Positions 26,391 through 39,722 of a stretch of 64,000 nt of DNA are shown here, in pieces. Positions within the stretch are counted from its first letter, which is position 1, and the number at the start of each line of letters is the position of its first letter. The stretch is from the NCBI RefSeq assembly GCF_963921235.1, contig NC_086108.1, positions 39,558,001 to 39,622,000 of the forward strand, written 5' to 3'. The position numbers and the translations under genes are program-made. The stretch comes from Mobula hypostoma. Its lineage: Eukaryota. The notes beneath the pieces were generated by a model that saw only the letters and a list, made by a program, of their open reading frames with translations, was not told the DNA's origin and did no database searches.

Positions 26391-27214
26391 CCTATTGGAT
26401 AAATGTGAAGTTATCCACTTTGGTGGTAAAAATAGGAAAACAGATTATTATCTGAATGGTGGCCGATTAGGAAAAGGGGAGGTGCAACGAGACCTAAGTG
26501 TCATTATACACCAGTCATTGAAAGTGGGCATGCAGGTACAGCAGGCGGTGAAAAAGGCAGATGGTATGCTGGCATTTATAGCGAGAGGATTCGAGTACAG
26601 GAGCAGGGAGGTACTACTGCAGTTGTACAAGGCCTTGGTGAGACCACACCTGGAGTATTGTGTGCAGTTTTGGTCCCCTAATCTGAGGAAAGACATCCTT
26701 GCCATAGAGGGAGTACAAAGAAGGTTCACCAGATTGATTCCTGGGTTGGCAGGACTTTCATATGAAGAAAGACTGGATGAACTGGGCTTGTACTCATTGG
26801 AATTTAGAAGATTGAGGGGGGATCTGATTGAAACGTATAAAATCCTAAAGGGATTGGACAGGCTAGATGCAGGAAGATTGTTCCCGATGTTGGGGAAGTC
26901 CAGAACAAGGGGTCACAGTTTGAGGATAAAGGGGAAGCCTTTTAGGACCGAGATTAGGAGAAACTTCTTCATACAGAGAGTGGTGAATCTGTGGAATTCT
27001 CTGCCACAGGAAACAGTTGAGGCCAGTTCATTGGCTATATTTAAGAGGGAGTTAGATATGGCCCTTGTGGCTAAGGGGATCAGGGGGTATGGAGGGAAGG
27101 CTGGGGCGGGGCTCTGAGTTGGATGATCAGCCATGATCATAATAAATGGCGGTGCAGGCTCGAAGGGCCGAATGGCCTACTCCTGCACCTGTTTTCTATG
27201 TTTCTATGTTTCTA
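26391..27214 (+). mobile_element. Young 5'-truncated CR1 LINE (open ORF2 C-terminus)
   Basis: Uninterrupted DKCEVIHFG...LYKALVRPHLEYCVQFWSP...RRLRGDLIETYKI...QRVVNLWNSLP and a (TTTCTATG)n tail. Confidence 0.93.
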
Positions 27215-28087
27215 TATATAGCTCATATACGGCTCATATGTGAGCTGTATATATAAGCAATAAGAATTGATACAGAAATTCTATTTCTATTTCATTTCTC
27301 TAATGCCAGCTAATTCTATCTATTGCATTTCCTGTCTTCATTTTACTTTGTCTCTGTCATAGTCTGCACCTTTACACTTTTTCCTTTGCTTTCATTTCTA
27401 GACAATTATTTGAAGACTGCATGTTTCTTTTTGTTTTTGTTTCCCACAATATCTGTATGCATCTCATGCTCTTTGCTGTCTTATTGAAGTCTATCATTCT
27501 TTTTAAATAATGCACCACACATTGGTAAAACAGAAGCTACCGATGTCTGGAGGTTGGGTCTAGACCTTGCCTGAAGCTGAGCTGTGAGGAACAATGAGAG
27601 TATGTGAGAGATTGTATCCTGGCCTGATGTTCTGGTTGGGTTGGAAAGTGATGTGGCACTGTGGGTGGTTGGGAAGTTTTTCTCATGAGTGGATGAAGGT
27701 GAGGTGGTAGATGAATTTAGAGAGAGTCACAGAATCATATTCATAAAATGGTGGTAGGACGGAGTCCAGCAGGAAGCATTTGATCCTCTGTTAAAGTTGT
27801 AGCAGATGATCCTAATCTAAGCATTGTATCATCAAGCTATCATAATGAGAAAGTGGAGTTTTGTACTTGTGTTGGGGATTGGACAGGAAGTAGGCATGAA
27901 TAACAAGAGGGCTGGTTGACCACTAAACTGCAGCATCTGGGATCCAAAATGATGGAGAGTAAGTAGACTTGAGCCATTGAGGACACCTCTATAATGTTAG
28001 AAATTAGGTTCATTTTTCTACCTGAGTCTGAATGAGTGTCATTCCACAGATCTTGGTAGTTGAGTGAATGCAAGGCTGAAGTACTGG

Positions 28088-28485
28088 GTTCAAAGTTTAA
28101 AGTTCAAAGTAAACATTTTATCAAAATACATACTGATACTACCCTGAGATTCATTTTCTTGCAACCATTCAGAAACACAAAAAAATCAATGAAAATCTGC
28201 ATACAAAGACTGACAAACAACCAATGTGCAAAGGAAAACAAACTGTGTAAATAAAAACAAGTAATAATAAATAAATATATAATGCTGAGAACATGAGTTT
28301 CAGAGTCCTTGAAAGTGAGTCCATATTTTGTGGAATCATTTCAGAGTTGAGATGAGTGAAGTTATCTATGCTGGCTCAGGAACCTGATGGTTGAAGGGTA
28401 TTAACTAAACCTGGTGCTGTGGGACCTAACCCCTTCCCAGTTGCAGCAGTGAGAACAGAGCATGGCAGGGTCCTGGGTGATGAAT
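28088..28485 (-). mobile_element. Rex1/Babar-like 3' UTR fragment
   Basis: (ttcaaag)n tail; homologous to 15596-/18304- and 54325-54575. Confidence 0.7.
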
Positions 28486-28679
28486 GATGGAATAAATATC
28501 AGCTGGAATTCTTCAAATGAGGGTGAGAGTAAGATAATACAATAGCTGATTGGACATTGGAGGTTCTAATGACATCAAGTGTGATTAACAATTCTTGACA
28601 GCCCGCCATTTAAAGAGGGCAGGGTGTCCAACTATAAGTGAGAAAGGAACTGGCCAGATCGGAGCACTAATTTGATTGG

Positions 28680-29145
28680 TCAGAATCAGGTTTACTATCA
28701 TTGACTAAGTTGTGATATTTTCTTTTGCAGCAGCAGTACAATGCAATACATAAAAAGTTACTATAGGTTACAATAAGAAATAAATAAATAGATAAATAAA
28801 TATATTGATATTTGAGCTAAAAGAGAGCAAAATAATGCTGTTGTTTTCTTGAGTTCACGGGCCATTCAGAAATCTGATGGCACAGGGGAAGAAGTTGTTC
28901 CTAAAACACTGAGTGTGTATTTTCATGCTGCTCCATTTCCTCCATGCTGGTAGTAATGAGAAGAGGATGGCTCCTTAACACTGGATGCTGCCTTTTAGAG
29001 ACATTGCCTTTTGAAGATATCCTCAGAGGCAGGGAAGCTAGTGCCCATGACGGAGCTGGCTGAGGTTACAGCTCTCTGTAGCTTTTTCCAATCCTGTGCA
29101 TTGGTGCCTCCATATCAGAAAGTGATGCAACCAGTTAGACTGGTC
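28680..29145 (-). mobile_element. Rex1/Babar-like 3' fragment; last recognisable transposon before the lhx9 domain
   Basis: Homologous to 11335-11900. Confidence 0.7.
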
Positions 29146-31399
29146 TATGCTGGCATAACCATTGGTGGTATGGACTTTGGTGTCAATTAACCATCTGATG
29201 GAGCGATGGTATTGTAATGAAACCATAGTATGTTACCCAGGCATTAGCTTCAATAATAGAAAGGATATTCTCAGCAATATCACAATAATGAGATGTGGAC
29301 AGCAGGAAAATATCACCCAACTCTTAGCTGGAGGAAACAGAAGTTGCTCAAACATTTGCTTTCAGAAATGGATTTAGTTGTAGCTCGATTGTTGTTACGC
29401 ATGGACTCTGCCTTCCTTCCTTTAATCCACAACCTTCCGGTTCTTATCTAGAACCTATCTAAACATGACAGTTTAATGACATTGCACGAAAATAAATTAA
29501 ATTCTATCTGATTGTAATGTCAGGTTCAAACACTCCCGGTAAAAGTTTGTGAGATTTGGAAGTGAGGATTTATTAGCTATTCTCTATGAACACTTTCGTA
29601 GGCAACTCAATTTTTTCTTTACTTTCGAAGCTATTTCTTAAAGAACTTCATTGCCCTCGACCCTTATATCATGTTCAGTGAAGAAGTTTAATCACCGACA
29701 GGAGAACTATTCAGAGGTCACAGAACGACGAAAGAAAATAAAACGTCCGGTGGCATTGATCTCTAATCGCATTTGAAGACAACAACGACTGTTTAATCAT
29801 TATATTCGAGAGAATTTCGTATTGGTCTCATAATTACCAAAATAAATGTATCAGGAAACTGTAGTCGCAACATGTATAGTACATAATTCTCTGTCAAAGG
29901 CACTACGTGGAATTCAAGAAAATACTCTGACACTTTGGCTAGAAATCAAGGAATAGATTGCATAGAGTGGCAAAGAACGTCTTTACAGATTAGGGCGGGC
30001 ATAGTCAATACAATTTCATAACAGAGGACAATTTACTGTTAAAGTTGAAACGCGATTCATAAGCTCTTTGTTCAATTCCCATCCTAGTGTTTATTTAGCT
30101 AATTGTTTGATATCAGGATCACAGTATTCCAGATAAATATTCCGAGCCAAAACGATTGCAAAGAGCTTCGTGCAATATAATGTATCTGCAGAGTCGTTAA
30201 GTACTGGAGGAGGTATTGGACCAAGTAAGTGGTGATATCCTATAGCCATCGGACAGTTTTGTGAATAGGTTGTTTTTAATCGCAGTCATTACCTTCCGTG
30301 CGTTTTTTTTTGTGTGTGACATCGTCAGTGAACACGATTACAAATGTAACGCCAAGATGTGCGGTCACGTGATCCCACCTACAACGAGTCGTTCAAGTTC
30401 GTAGTTCATAAGTAAGGTATTACTTAACTGTAGCTCGTTTCCAATACACCATAGATTTCGGTTTTCCTGGACGGCAGGTACATATGCCTTTAAAATGGGT
30501 TTTATTCGCTTTATTAGACAATATTGTATCATATAAATTTAAGATAAAATCTTGTTCAAGTCATTCTTTATATCTGATCCGAAGAAAGCCTAACCTCAGA
30601 AAGCTGGGTCTTGTAACCATCCCAACACAGCAAACACCGGTACGAAAGTGATTATTAGTCTCACGCATTTTACGACAAATAAAGAGAACCTTTGCGTAAT
30701 AAGCAAGTTAATAGGACCTATACCGCGTCTTAAACATTGCAAATTGTCCATTCAGCGAGAACAATGAACAAGAACTTCATCGGCAATACTTCCGAAAGCA
30801 TTTCATTACCAGATCACGCCGATGTGGTGACCTATTCAATTCGATGTAACTTCAGCAATCTATCACCGCTGTGCTGGAGATGCACCAGAAATAATCACTA
30901 TTAGTGCCAGCAACAACTCTAAACTGCTATCACTTGTTTGCAGTTAAATATTAAACCTGGCTCATTGAGGAAGGATGCGAATGAAAGCAAAGTCTTAAAA
31001 AAAGACTTCGGGGGCGAAATGAGATGCAACGTATTCGTCGCGAATAGCTCCCGTGTCTCGGCAGCTTGGATGTCTGTAGTTCCAAATAAACTGTTCAGTT
31101 CAATAGAAGCAGAGAAACAAAAACATGTTAAAGCCACCAAATAAACAAGATACGCTATTCACGCCGGCCAGCTTGGAAATAGAATGGCTAACAGAACTTC
31201 TTTGACAAGAAACTAAAGAAATTAGATTATAATATGATTTTATTGTTAGTTAGGAAATATAAGCAAAGTACAAAGATAAACTTAATGTAGCAACGGCGAT
31301 ATTTAGCAGAACATAACCCCATCCTTCCCTGGAACCTATATTTTCTTTGTGTTTGTAAATCTGGTACAGGTCAATAAATAATACTGAAAAAAGCTGGTG

Positions 31400-31661
31400 G
31401 TTTGTATTGGAGGCGGGTCAGGGATCGCACCTTCACGTCAGTTATATATTGAGCCCAGCGTTAAGACTGCGGGCACAATGCGGGAACGTCCTTAACAAGC
31501 AGCTCTTTTATTTTAATTAACAGGAGCAACCCGCTCGCCAGTCACACGCTCAACCCCGAGCAGTGACAGGATAATTCCCACCGACTCCAGTCTAGGGCCA
31601 GCTTTCCAACATCAGCATCCATTTTCCTGCTGGAACCGAACTGATAAAGGTAACGGTAAGT
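31400..31661 (+). promoter_or_regulatory. Candidate distal TATA promoter and non-coding first exon
   Basis: ATTGG 31406-31410, AGGCGGG 31411-31417, CACGTCA 31434-31440 and TATATA 31443-31448, followed ~200 bp later by tandem donors AAG|GTAACG (31650) and ACG|GTAAGT (31656). Confidence 0.5.
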
Positions 31662-34600
31662 TGCACTTTTGAAAAAAATTCCCGTTTATTTTGGGAATGC
31701 AAATATGAGTCGGGCTCAACGTGCGGAATACTTGGTGGTTTCTTAACAAAGGGCATTAATATTTTCCCCTCTGAATTGCCTAGCAACGCGATTCGGGTTC
31801 TCAAGAGCAGTAGACGCCGAATTCTGTGGGGATCTTGATTAATAGCAGGTATTGTTAAAACACCTAGCCGGGTCACCTGCATCTTACCCAATATATAATT
31901 ATTAGCTTTTGCAGACCCCAAAGTCTCTGTCGAGTAGTATACCACTGCATTTTATATGCGTGTACAGTTATGGGCTGAGTTTCTTTTTAAAAGCAGCTTA
32001 TTTTACCCAAAAAAAAGCCTTAAAAATGGTTTCAGTTTCAAGAAAGAGGACTAAGTGTTTCAAGGAATGGGGAAATTAAAAATAGCAAAATAAAACTCAG
32101 TATATTCTAAGCAGCCTGAATCGAATGTGATTTAATGTCACCTATTATTCGCATATCTTGTTGAGATACTTCCAATATGTTGGTAATTTTTTAAAAAAGA
32201 GTTTGGGAACCTCACTGGGCTTAAACATTCTATGGTCTGAGAACGTTGAATATTCCTAATATAACGATTCATTCATGCCATACCATCAAAAAGCTTGGTA
32301 AAACCGAAACAAAAATATTTCACGACTTTTGGAGGAGCTGTGTATTAAATCTTGTAATGAAAAAAAGTACACGGGTGTTTACATTGCAAAATGTTCTTTA
32401 AATATCCAAATTTCGTAATTAGTTGATTTCGTCACGTTCCGGTATTGGTTGTCTGGTTAATTAATAGCAACGTTTTCTAGTTAGGAATTCGTAACTAAGT
32501 GTGAGTTAAACTGAAATGACAATGCCACACAACAAACATTCAGCGTAATCGGTCTACTGCAGAGCCGAGAGGTTTTTTTTCAATGGATGCGGCGGGGAGC
32601 GGTGGTGAGGGAGCAGGGAGAGGGTGGGAATTCAGTGGTGGGGGTTAATGTTGGGATGCGATGGGATCGGTGTAAAATTGCCAGCTCTTTTCGAGCATTT
32701 CGTGGACATCATATTGTTATATACCAACATTTAAACAATTAAGACACAAAACACGCTTATTGAGAGCATAGATGGAGGGACTGGAGCATCTCAAAGTCTA
32801 TGACAGTTATGTTAATTATTCTTTGAAATATATGAAGAGTATGCCAGGCCCCTGTTTAAATATGGCATCACATTTAGCCTTTGTTCTAGAGAACCCTCTT
32901 CCATTTTGGCCTGGCTTTTGCTCGCACGTTTATCACCCACATCACCAATCTGCTCTTCCACAGAAATCAATTCTGTTAAGATTAAGCACAATTTCAGTGT
33001 ATAACGTCTGCGGCTGAATACTTCAGCCAATATGTATGCCATTTTGTCCTATTAACAAACTTGATTGCGTTTTTCACGGACAAGGTATAAAGATCAACTT
33101 TAACTTTTTTTGTCTATAAACCCTCGCTTCGCGTCCCTTCTGGTCCACTTGAGCATGTCCTGTTCACTCGGATTCACCTGTTACTTAATGAGATTTCTCC
33201 TCACACTTTGGACAACGACGATCCCCTCTGAAACTTAGTTGTAAAAAGCTGTTGGCTAATCTTCTATAATAACGTTTCTGAATTGTTACTTTTCTATTTG
33301 TGCAATAAAACTGCACTTTGTCGTCGAAGAGGAATCTTGTATTCGAAACATGTTTTAATCTAGTTAGGATAGATGTACGCTCTCAGTGCTATACATTTAA
33401 ATATTATATGTAAATCTATCTGAGCTGCTAAACTTTCCATACTGGGCATGAATTTACGAATAATTGTTACTCCTAAATGTGCAAGTTGCAGTAGTGGTGA
33501 ATGTTACATTAAAATGTTAAAGTAAGACCGTGGCACTGAATGAAAATCAACTCTTCTGCTGAAAATAGATAATTAAAAATCGTTCAGGCTTATTCGGCAA
33601 TCCCGGGTTCCTGAGTAATATGTACCCCAAAATAATTTAGTGGTGAGAAATTCCAAAGTATTTCAGTTGTGTTTTAGCTTTAGGTGACTGTGGCTTGTGG
33701 CGAAACATTTGCACTGATTGTGTATAACCTGCAAGCTAACATTGAGATCCTGTTAAAGCAGGTATACTAAAGCATTCATGGTTTTAATGATCAAGCTGCA
33801 ACTTTAATTGTGTTTGCATTCTCTACAAAGCATCTGTTATTGCGGTGTATGTCTTGACAATGTTTAGTGTGCACCGTTTCCCCGCCTTGGAATGCTAATT
33901 TAATTGCATTAAAGCTGGACATTCCCCCTTTGAATTCACCTTTACGAATATTCCTTTAGGGAACATCAATTAATGGGGAGCCAAACGATATGTTATACAA
34001 TACCTCATCTGGACAAAGGCAGACGTTTTATTCATGTGATCCAAATTAAAGTAAGAAAACCTTAAACCTCCGTTTATTTCAAACGTTTACACCTTCCATG
34101 TGACAATAACTATATCTTCTAAATAAAACCACACATACGATTGTTGTAATATTCAAATTAGATGTAATGGGTTTATTCTCCTAGGTATTTATAAAACACC
34201 GCTATGTCAGATAAAAATAGATAATTCACTTTCTTACAAGCCTAGTTCCTAACTGGTTTCTGCCCTCTGCAATGTATCTAGCTGATTTCCGCGCCTGCTA
34301 ACTGATACAAAAACAATGCCCAAAAGTTGTTGACTCAGAATTTGAGCAACAAACATAATCAGCCCATGTGTTGTGGCAGCGTCCTGCCATTGACGCAGTT
34401 AACTTAATTTGTATTTCTGTGTTGTATAGTCAGAACGTGCAAGGGTAAACTGCAAATTAAATAGAAGGTATCGATAAATGGAGCTGAGATGAGTCGCATT
34501 TTAAGAAGTTATAATTTTAGAATTGCTGGATACCAGGATTACAAAACAAAAATCTGCTCTCCTTGTCAACAGCTCATCACCCCGTGTACCTTACTGCGCC

Positions 34601-37600
34601 TGATGGAGCGAACCAAGAGATCACATAATTAATTAAATGAATACAGATGTATGGGTTTAGCCATTTTTGAGTTATGTTATTGTACCCGGCCAATTACTGG
34701 TAATAGAGCCATTGAGCAGAGATAGATATGTAAATTTAAAAACGGTTTTCTTTTCCCCCGAAATGGAAAAATAGCTCCTCAGCTCTTATGCACCTGCAGG
34801 TTTGCATAGAACTAGAGGAAATGCATTATCCAACAAATGGAAAAGAAAGTACTCCAACTTCAGAGCATGTTAATTGAATTCATTCAATCAAGCTTGGGTT
34901 ATGATTGAGCTTTTATCTGTCAGGTCGTTTGTACGGAAAGAAGACTTTTACATCCATTCTTTATGCGGTGGCTCTGTGTTTAGAAAGCGTTTATCGCTGT
35001 GTTTTTTGGCACCTTGGATTCGGGAATATGAAATGGAGAAACATAAAATGTGTTATTTTGTTTAGCCAACCTGACTTTCGCCTTCAGGCGCATAGGAGAT
35101 CCTAATATTTGATGTTTGTTTGAATTTACATAAGGTCCTCATTAGATTGCCTTTAATTAGAGTTAAATACGTATTCATTAGTTGAATTTAACGGGTTCCT
35201 ATTGGTCAAGTTTATTGCCTGAGAATAATACAGTATTTGCGTAGACCTACTTATTTTAGTGGTGTCTACATGAACTGGCAGAGAATGGAATTAAAACATT
35301 AGAATTCTCATCTTCCCTTCCACCTCCCCCCCCCACCACCACCATTAAATGGTTATAGTGTAAAACTGTTATATGAAAAGCTGAGATTTAATGAATAAAG
35401 ACGTACACAATAATGCAAAATAAAATGAGTTAGATAGGTTGACTTCCAGCTCAACACTAGAACTGTCTCATATGTCAAAGGGCAATGAACTTGCGAGGGT
35501 GAAGAGGGGCCTGCTTGTTTGTAGCCTAATACAATAGTTTAATTTTGGAATGGTGCTCATCCACAATATATTAGCTGTCATACGATCGGATAACATTGCA
35601 TGCGATTACATCACATAACAATATGCTGGGGGCGAGATCATGTAATGTATTCAGAAGATCCAGACGATTTATAATGACCATTAACAGATTTATAGATTTA
35701 CAGATATTCTTCTCGCATCTAGCTTAATACGGAATTTTCCCATTTTCTACTTTCGTTCAATAGTCTATTTTGAGTTTACCTCACGAGCAATTAGTATGTT
35801 TATATACTTGGAACTTCCAGTTCGCTGTTATCGGGTATGTAGTGGGAATGACAGATTCTTGTTTTAGAACCGAATTTTGCAAAATTATACCAGTGAAAAT
35901 AATTGTCGATAACTATTAACATGTGACGGCAACATGAAAAACATCCTCAAGGATAATGGGGATTTCCTTTTAAGTAGTTCTGCGCCCATGTATAGCTATC
36001 ACTGCTCTATTTATAAGCCATTGATTTCTGTACAAAACGGCTAATTGCATTACTTACAGCAAATAACAGCCCTGCTGCACATAGTATAGCGTGCCAGCAA
36101 CAAACAAATCACTGCTTATTTCACTTGATTGACTTCATTTTCACATGAAATTGTGCCTTATGAGCTAAACTCTGGCAATCTGGCTAGTGTACGTACCCGC
36201 TAAGCAGCGCACACTGCTAATTGAATCTGTTTAAAAATAAAAGCTCCTCCATATAATAAATGTTCATCTTACAGCTGTAACCAAGGGACAAAGAGCGTGC
36301 TATCAGTTAATTTACAGGTACGATGCTGGCTACGAGCTTGCATCTTGCTGGGAAATTTAATCTGTATGTTTTGCACGCGATCTAACGGTTGTATGTGAGA
36401 TCCCAGGGGGACTTGAGAAGAGAAACTCTATAGACAGGAACCCTCATACAGACCGGGATATAGGTGTGATCAAACACTCGGCAGCTGGCACGGCCAAGTC
36501 TGGGGCTAAAACAGCTAGTCAGAGGATTTATTCTAAACCAATTAGTTTAAACTCTATATCAGGACAAGCATATGGGGTGTGAGGAAGAGGCAGAGGGAGG
36601 CAAAGGCAGGGGGAGAAACAAAGACAGCGACGGAGAGCCGTGAGAGGCAGAAATGACAAAAAGTATTAGAGACAAAATTGAGTTAATCATGTTAACAAAG
36701 TACTTTGTGGTAACTAAGTGCTGGCTTTTGACAACGAGTAAACATTTGGGAATGGGACGGGGTGTAGTTTTTAGTTACATAGCCAGTCAATTTGAAATAC
36801 AGTTAGTAATTTCGCAGAGCACGGTTAAATGTTGTTAACGAATAGAATCAGTCTCCGCGTAACAAGGACATGAATGGCCTGTTCTCTTGTCCCAGATCAT
36901 ATCGCATGTATTCCTCTGTAAATTGCAGTTCGAAACTCCCAGAGTTCCAATTATATTTATTTTTGGTAATGGGGGTGTAATATACTGCATATTCAGAATA
37001 AAACATTTCAGACTTGGTAGAATGGGAAGGAGAAGTAGGTGTCCATCCAATCGAATGGTGTGTTAGGGTGCATTTAAAACAAGTGTACCTGTTCAGTTTA
37101 CCGACAACTTAAAATCGCCAAGAACGCCCACGGTGTGTGGAAAAAAAGATATCCAGTCATGATTAATGCTTAGAATAGTTCTCCTGTTGTGTGTCGCTTA
37201 TCATTATAAATTGCAAGTGTGAAATGCCACTTCAGTATTCAAAACATTTTCCTGCAGCGGTTTCGAATTGCAACTACACAGCAACCGCATTAATATCATT
37301 CCAGTTGGAAGGTGCGTGGCCGTGACCTCTTCAGCCTCAGGGTGTAAGGAGACAAGGGAAAGGAGGCCGATTGAAACTAGACATTCGTACACTTCTCCTC
37401 ATGATATTCGTGTGTGTTTCAAGCCTTCTCCCTTTCGTACGTCACTTTAACTCTAAACTGGATTGAAGATTGAGTTCTTCTGCCAAGGCTGTGGAATTTG
37501 AGAGGGGGAAAAGGGCGCAAGACCTGAAACCCCAGGCGCTGAGGTAAATGATGACATATAGATCTGTGCAGTGGCGTGGGAAGCTACAGGGACCTGCTAT

Positions 37601-37952
37601 TGCCCACCTTCTGAACACATCTGTGGTCACACTCTCTTGTAGCGTGGGCTTCCCCAGACAGATGTGGAGGTTTAAACTATAAGGTATTATAGGAACAATA
37701 AGGTATTAGGGTTCGATTTGTTTCAGCGATCTGTGGAAATGACAGGACTCCTTCCCTTATCATTGTGGGCTTGAGCAAATCCCTTTTGCCAATTGAATCA
37801 TTAGGAAGAAACTAATGCTAGCATTGCTAAAGCAGTTCAAATACATGAAATATATAAGTTTATGTTGACTTTAAAGGCACGTGTATTCTCACGCAGGCGC
37901 GCAGCGTCTCTAAGAAATTAGCTGAATGAACTGCTACACACAAGCACCAACA

Positions 37953-38013
<61 letters not shown>

Positions 38014-38014
38014 G

Positions 38015-38056
<42 letters not shown>
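37953..38056. repeat. (CT)n(CA)n compound microsatellite
   Basis: Directly visible. Confidence 0.97.
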
Positions 38057-38058
<2 letters not shown>

Positions 38059-39029
38059 AATACCATTAGCAAGAGATATTTTGTGACAAATTCCTATTCT
38101 CTTGACCGCTGTCCTTTGAACAGTTGGATTTCAAACTTGGGATCAAAGCATAATTGGCTGGGGTCTTTCAGAATAGTTTACTCAGTTTAGAATTCCAACC
38201 ATTTCAATGGTTGAGGTCAGGGACTTTTCATGAAACGAATGGGTATCAGAGGTCCCAGGCCTCCTCATTAATCCTATCATAAATATCATGCATTCATAAA
38301 CGGGAGCACATCTCCCTTTGGTTAAAAAGGGAAAACTGCAAAACAGAGACAACTCCCTTCCTTTTTCATGCTGTTTAGCTTCGTGAAATCGGTGCAGTCC
38401 AGATTAGTCCTTACTTCCAAAACAGCAGTGTTCCGGCTTGCCAGGCTATTAGAGAACTATGCGATGACGTGTTAGTTGTGCCGAATATTTTGCAAGCTCC
38501 GTCTGTCCAATGCTGAAAGCGGCCACTGATTTTCACAGTGGAGCTGTCACCCTACGTGACCACATACAATAAAATGCTTTGACTATCGGCACAATACTGA
38601 CCGGAGAAATGCACGGTGGTTCTGAGTTGCTTTCCAGACCCAGATGACCTTTAAATTTATGTTCCTTCACTTGAGGAGCAGGCTAGTCCATTTTGTGCCA
38701 TACTACCTGCGTTGAATTTTAAATACAGACTATCGGGCAAAGCACTTTATATCCCTTATACTTTTTAAAGAAGTTTCTGAACTTGTCCATCTTGGTCCAA
38801 CTAATTTTTTTGTTAAAAGCAGATTTCTATCTTTAACAAACAAAGATCATGGTTGTTGAGTAACGCCGCATTCTCTTTAGAATTATCTGTTTTCGATTTT
38901 AGCACAAAAGACACTTCTGTAAGTTTATATTACCGTTTTAACAAAGCAAAGCAAACATTTAAAAATTGAAATGTATCATCCTATTTAAGAACACCTGTTG
39001 CTCCGAAGATAATAAAAGAGAACCTCACA

Positions 39030-39135
39030 ATTCTCGCGTTACCCAATCGGGAAGTCGCGTTAACTAACCACATTGGAAAAGCAAACCCGCCTGGAGTTGT
39101 CAATGACCGTCCGTCAATAGCCAATGAAAAGAGTA
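39030..39135 (+). promoter_or_regulatory. lhx9 proximal promoter candidate
   Basis: CCAAT motifs near 39043 and 39121, ATTGG near 39072, CGGGAAGT (ETS-like) and CCCGCC (GC-box-like), all 0.4-0.5 kb upstream of the ATG. Confidence 0.5.
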
Positions 39136-39548
39136 TGACAGGGTTTTGTAATGAAAAGGATTAGGTGGCAGTCTATCGAACTCCTCCTACCAAATTATCC
39201 CACTGTGCCCTGGCGAGAGGCAGACACTAATAGGCAAAAGTGTGAGCTCCCAACCAGTGAGCTACAATCGGATCAGCAAGGACTGGAGCTGAGGAGTCAG
39301 GGGAATGCTACTAAAATCACCCTAACATCCTTGTTTACCCGTTATTTAAAACCAGTCTATAGGGACGGCCTCTCTCATAAACCTTGGCATTGTACGGTCC
39401 CCCTCGCAACAGCTAGTAATGACCAGATCCCCCGCCTGCCGAAGATTTTGACGTGTTATATTCTCCCCGTTCGAGACTGTCAGTTTATATATTTTTTTGT
39501 TTTAATTATCTTGTGGCAGTTTGTTCCATGGTTTAAGTCGGGGTCTGT

Positions 39549-39722
39549 ATGGAAGTACTAAGAGCCAGGTCCGTGGAAGACACGTGTACTTTCCGTCAAT
39601 CAGCAATGCTTTTTCACGGAATCTCTGGGGGAGAGATCCAGGGAATCATGGAGGAAATGGAAAGGAGATCCAAGTCGGATTCCCGTCTGGCCAAAGGAGT
39701 CCAGATGAACGGAAGAGAAACG
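39549..39722 (+). CDS. lhx9: lhx9 coding exon 1 (58 codons, MEVLRARS...NGRET)
   Basis: ATG at 39549, second in-frame ATG at 39606 (MLFHGISGG), donor ACG|GTAAGA at 39722/39723, phase 0. Confidence 0.93.

Noticed and set aside
26308..27117. 269-aa ORF, the longest in the window, as a host gene
   Set aside because: It is the CR1 ORF2 C-terminus fused by chance to ~28 codons of flanking DNA, and it ends in a CR1 tail.
1..39000. Exons of genes that neighbour LHX9 in mammals (C1orf53, DENND1B, from memory)
   Set aside because: I could not recognise matching peptides by eye; short exons may have been missed, and TBLASTN would settle it.
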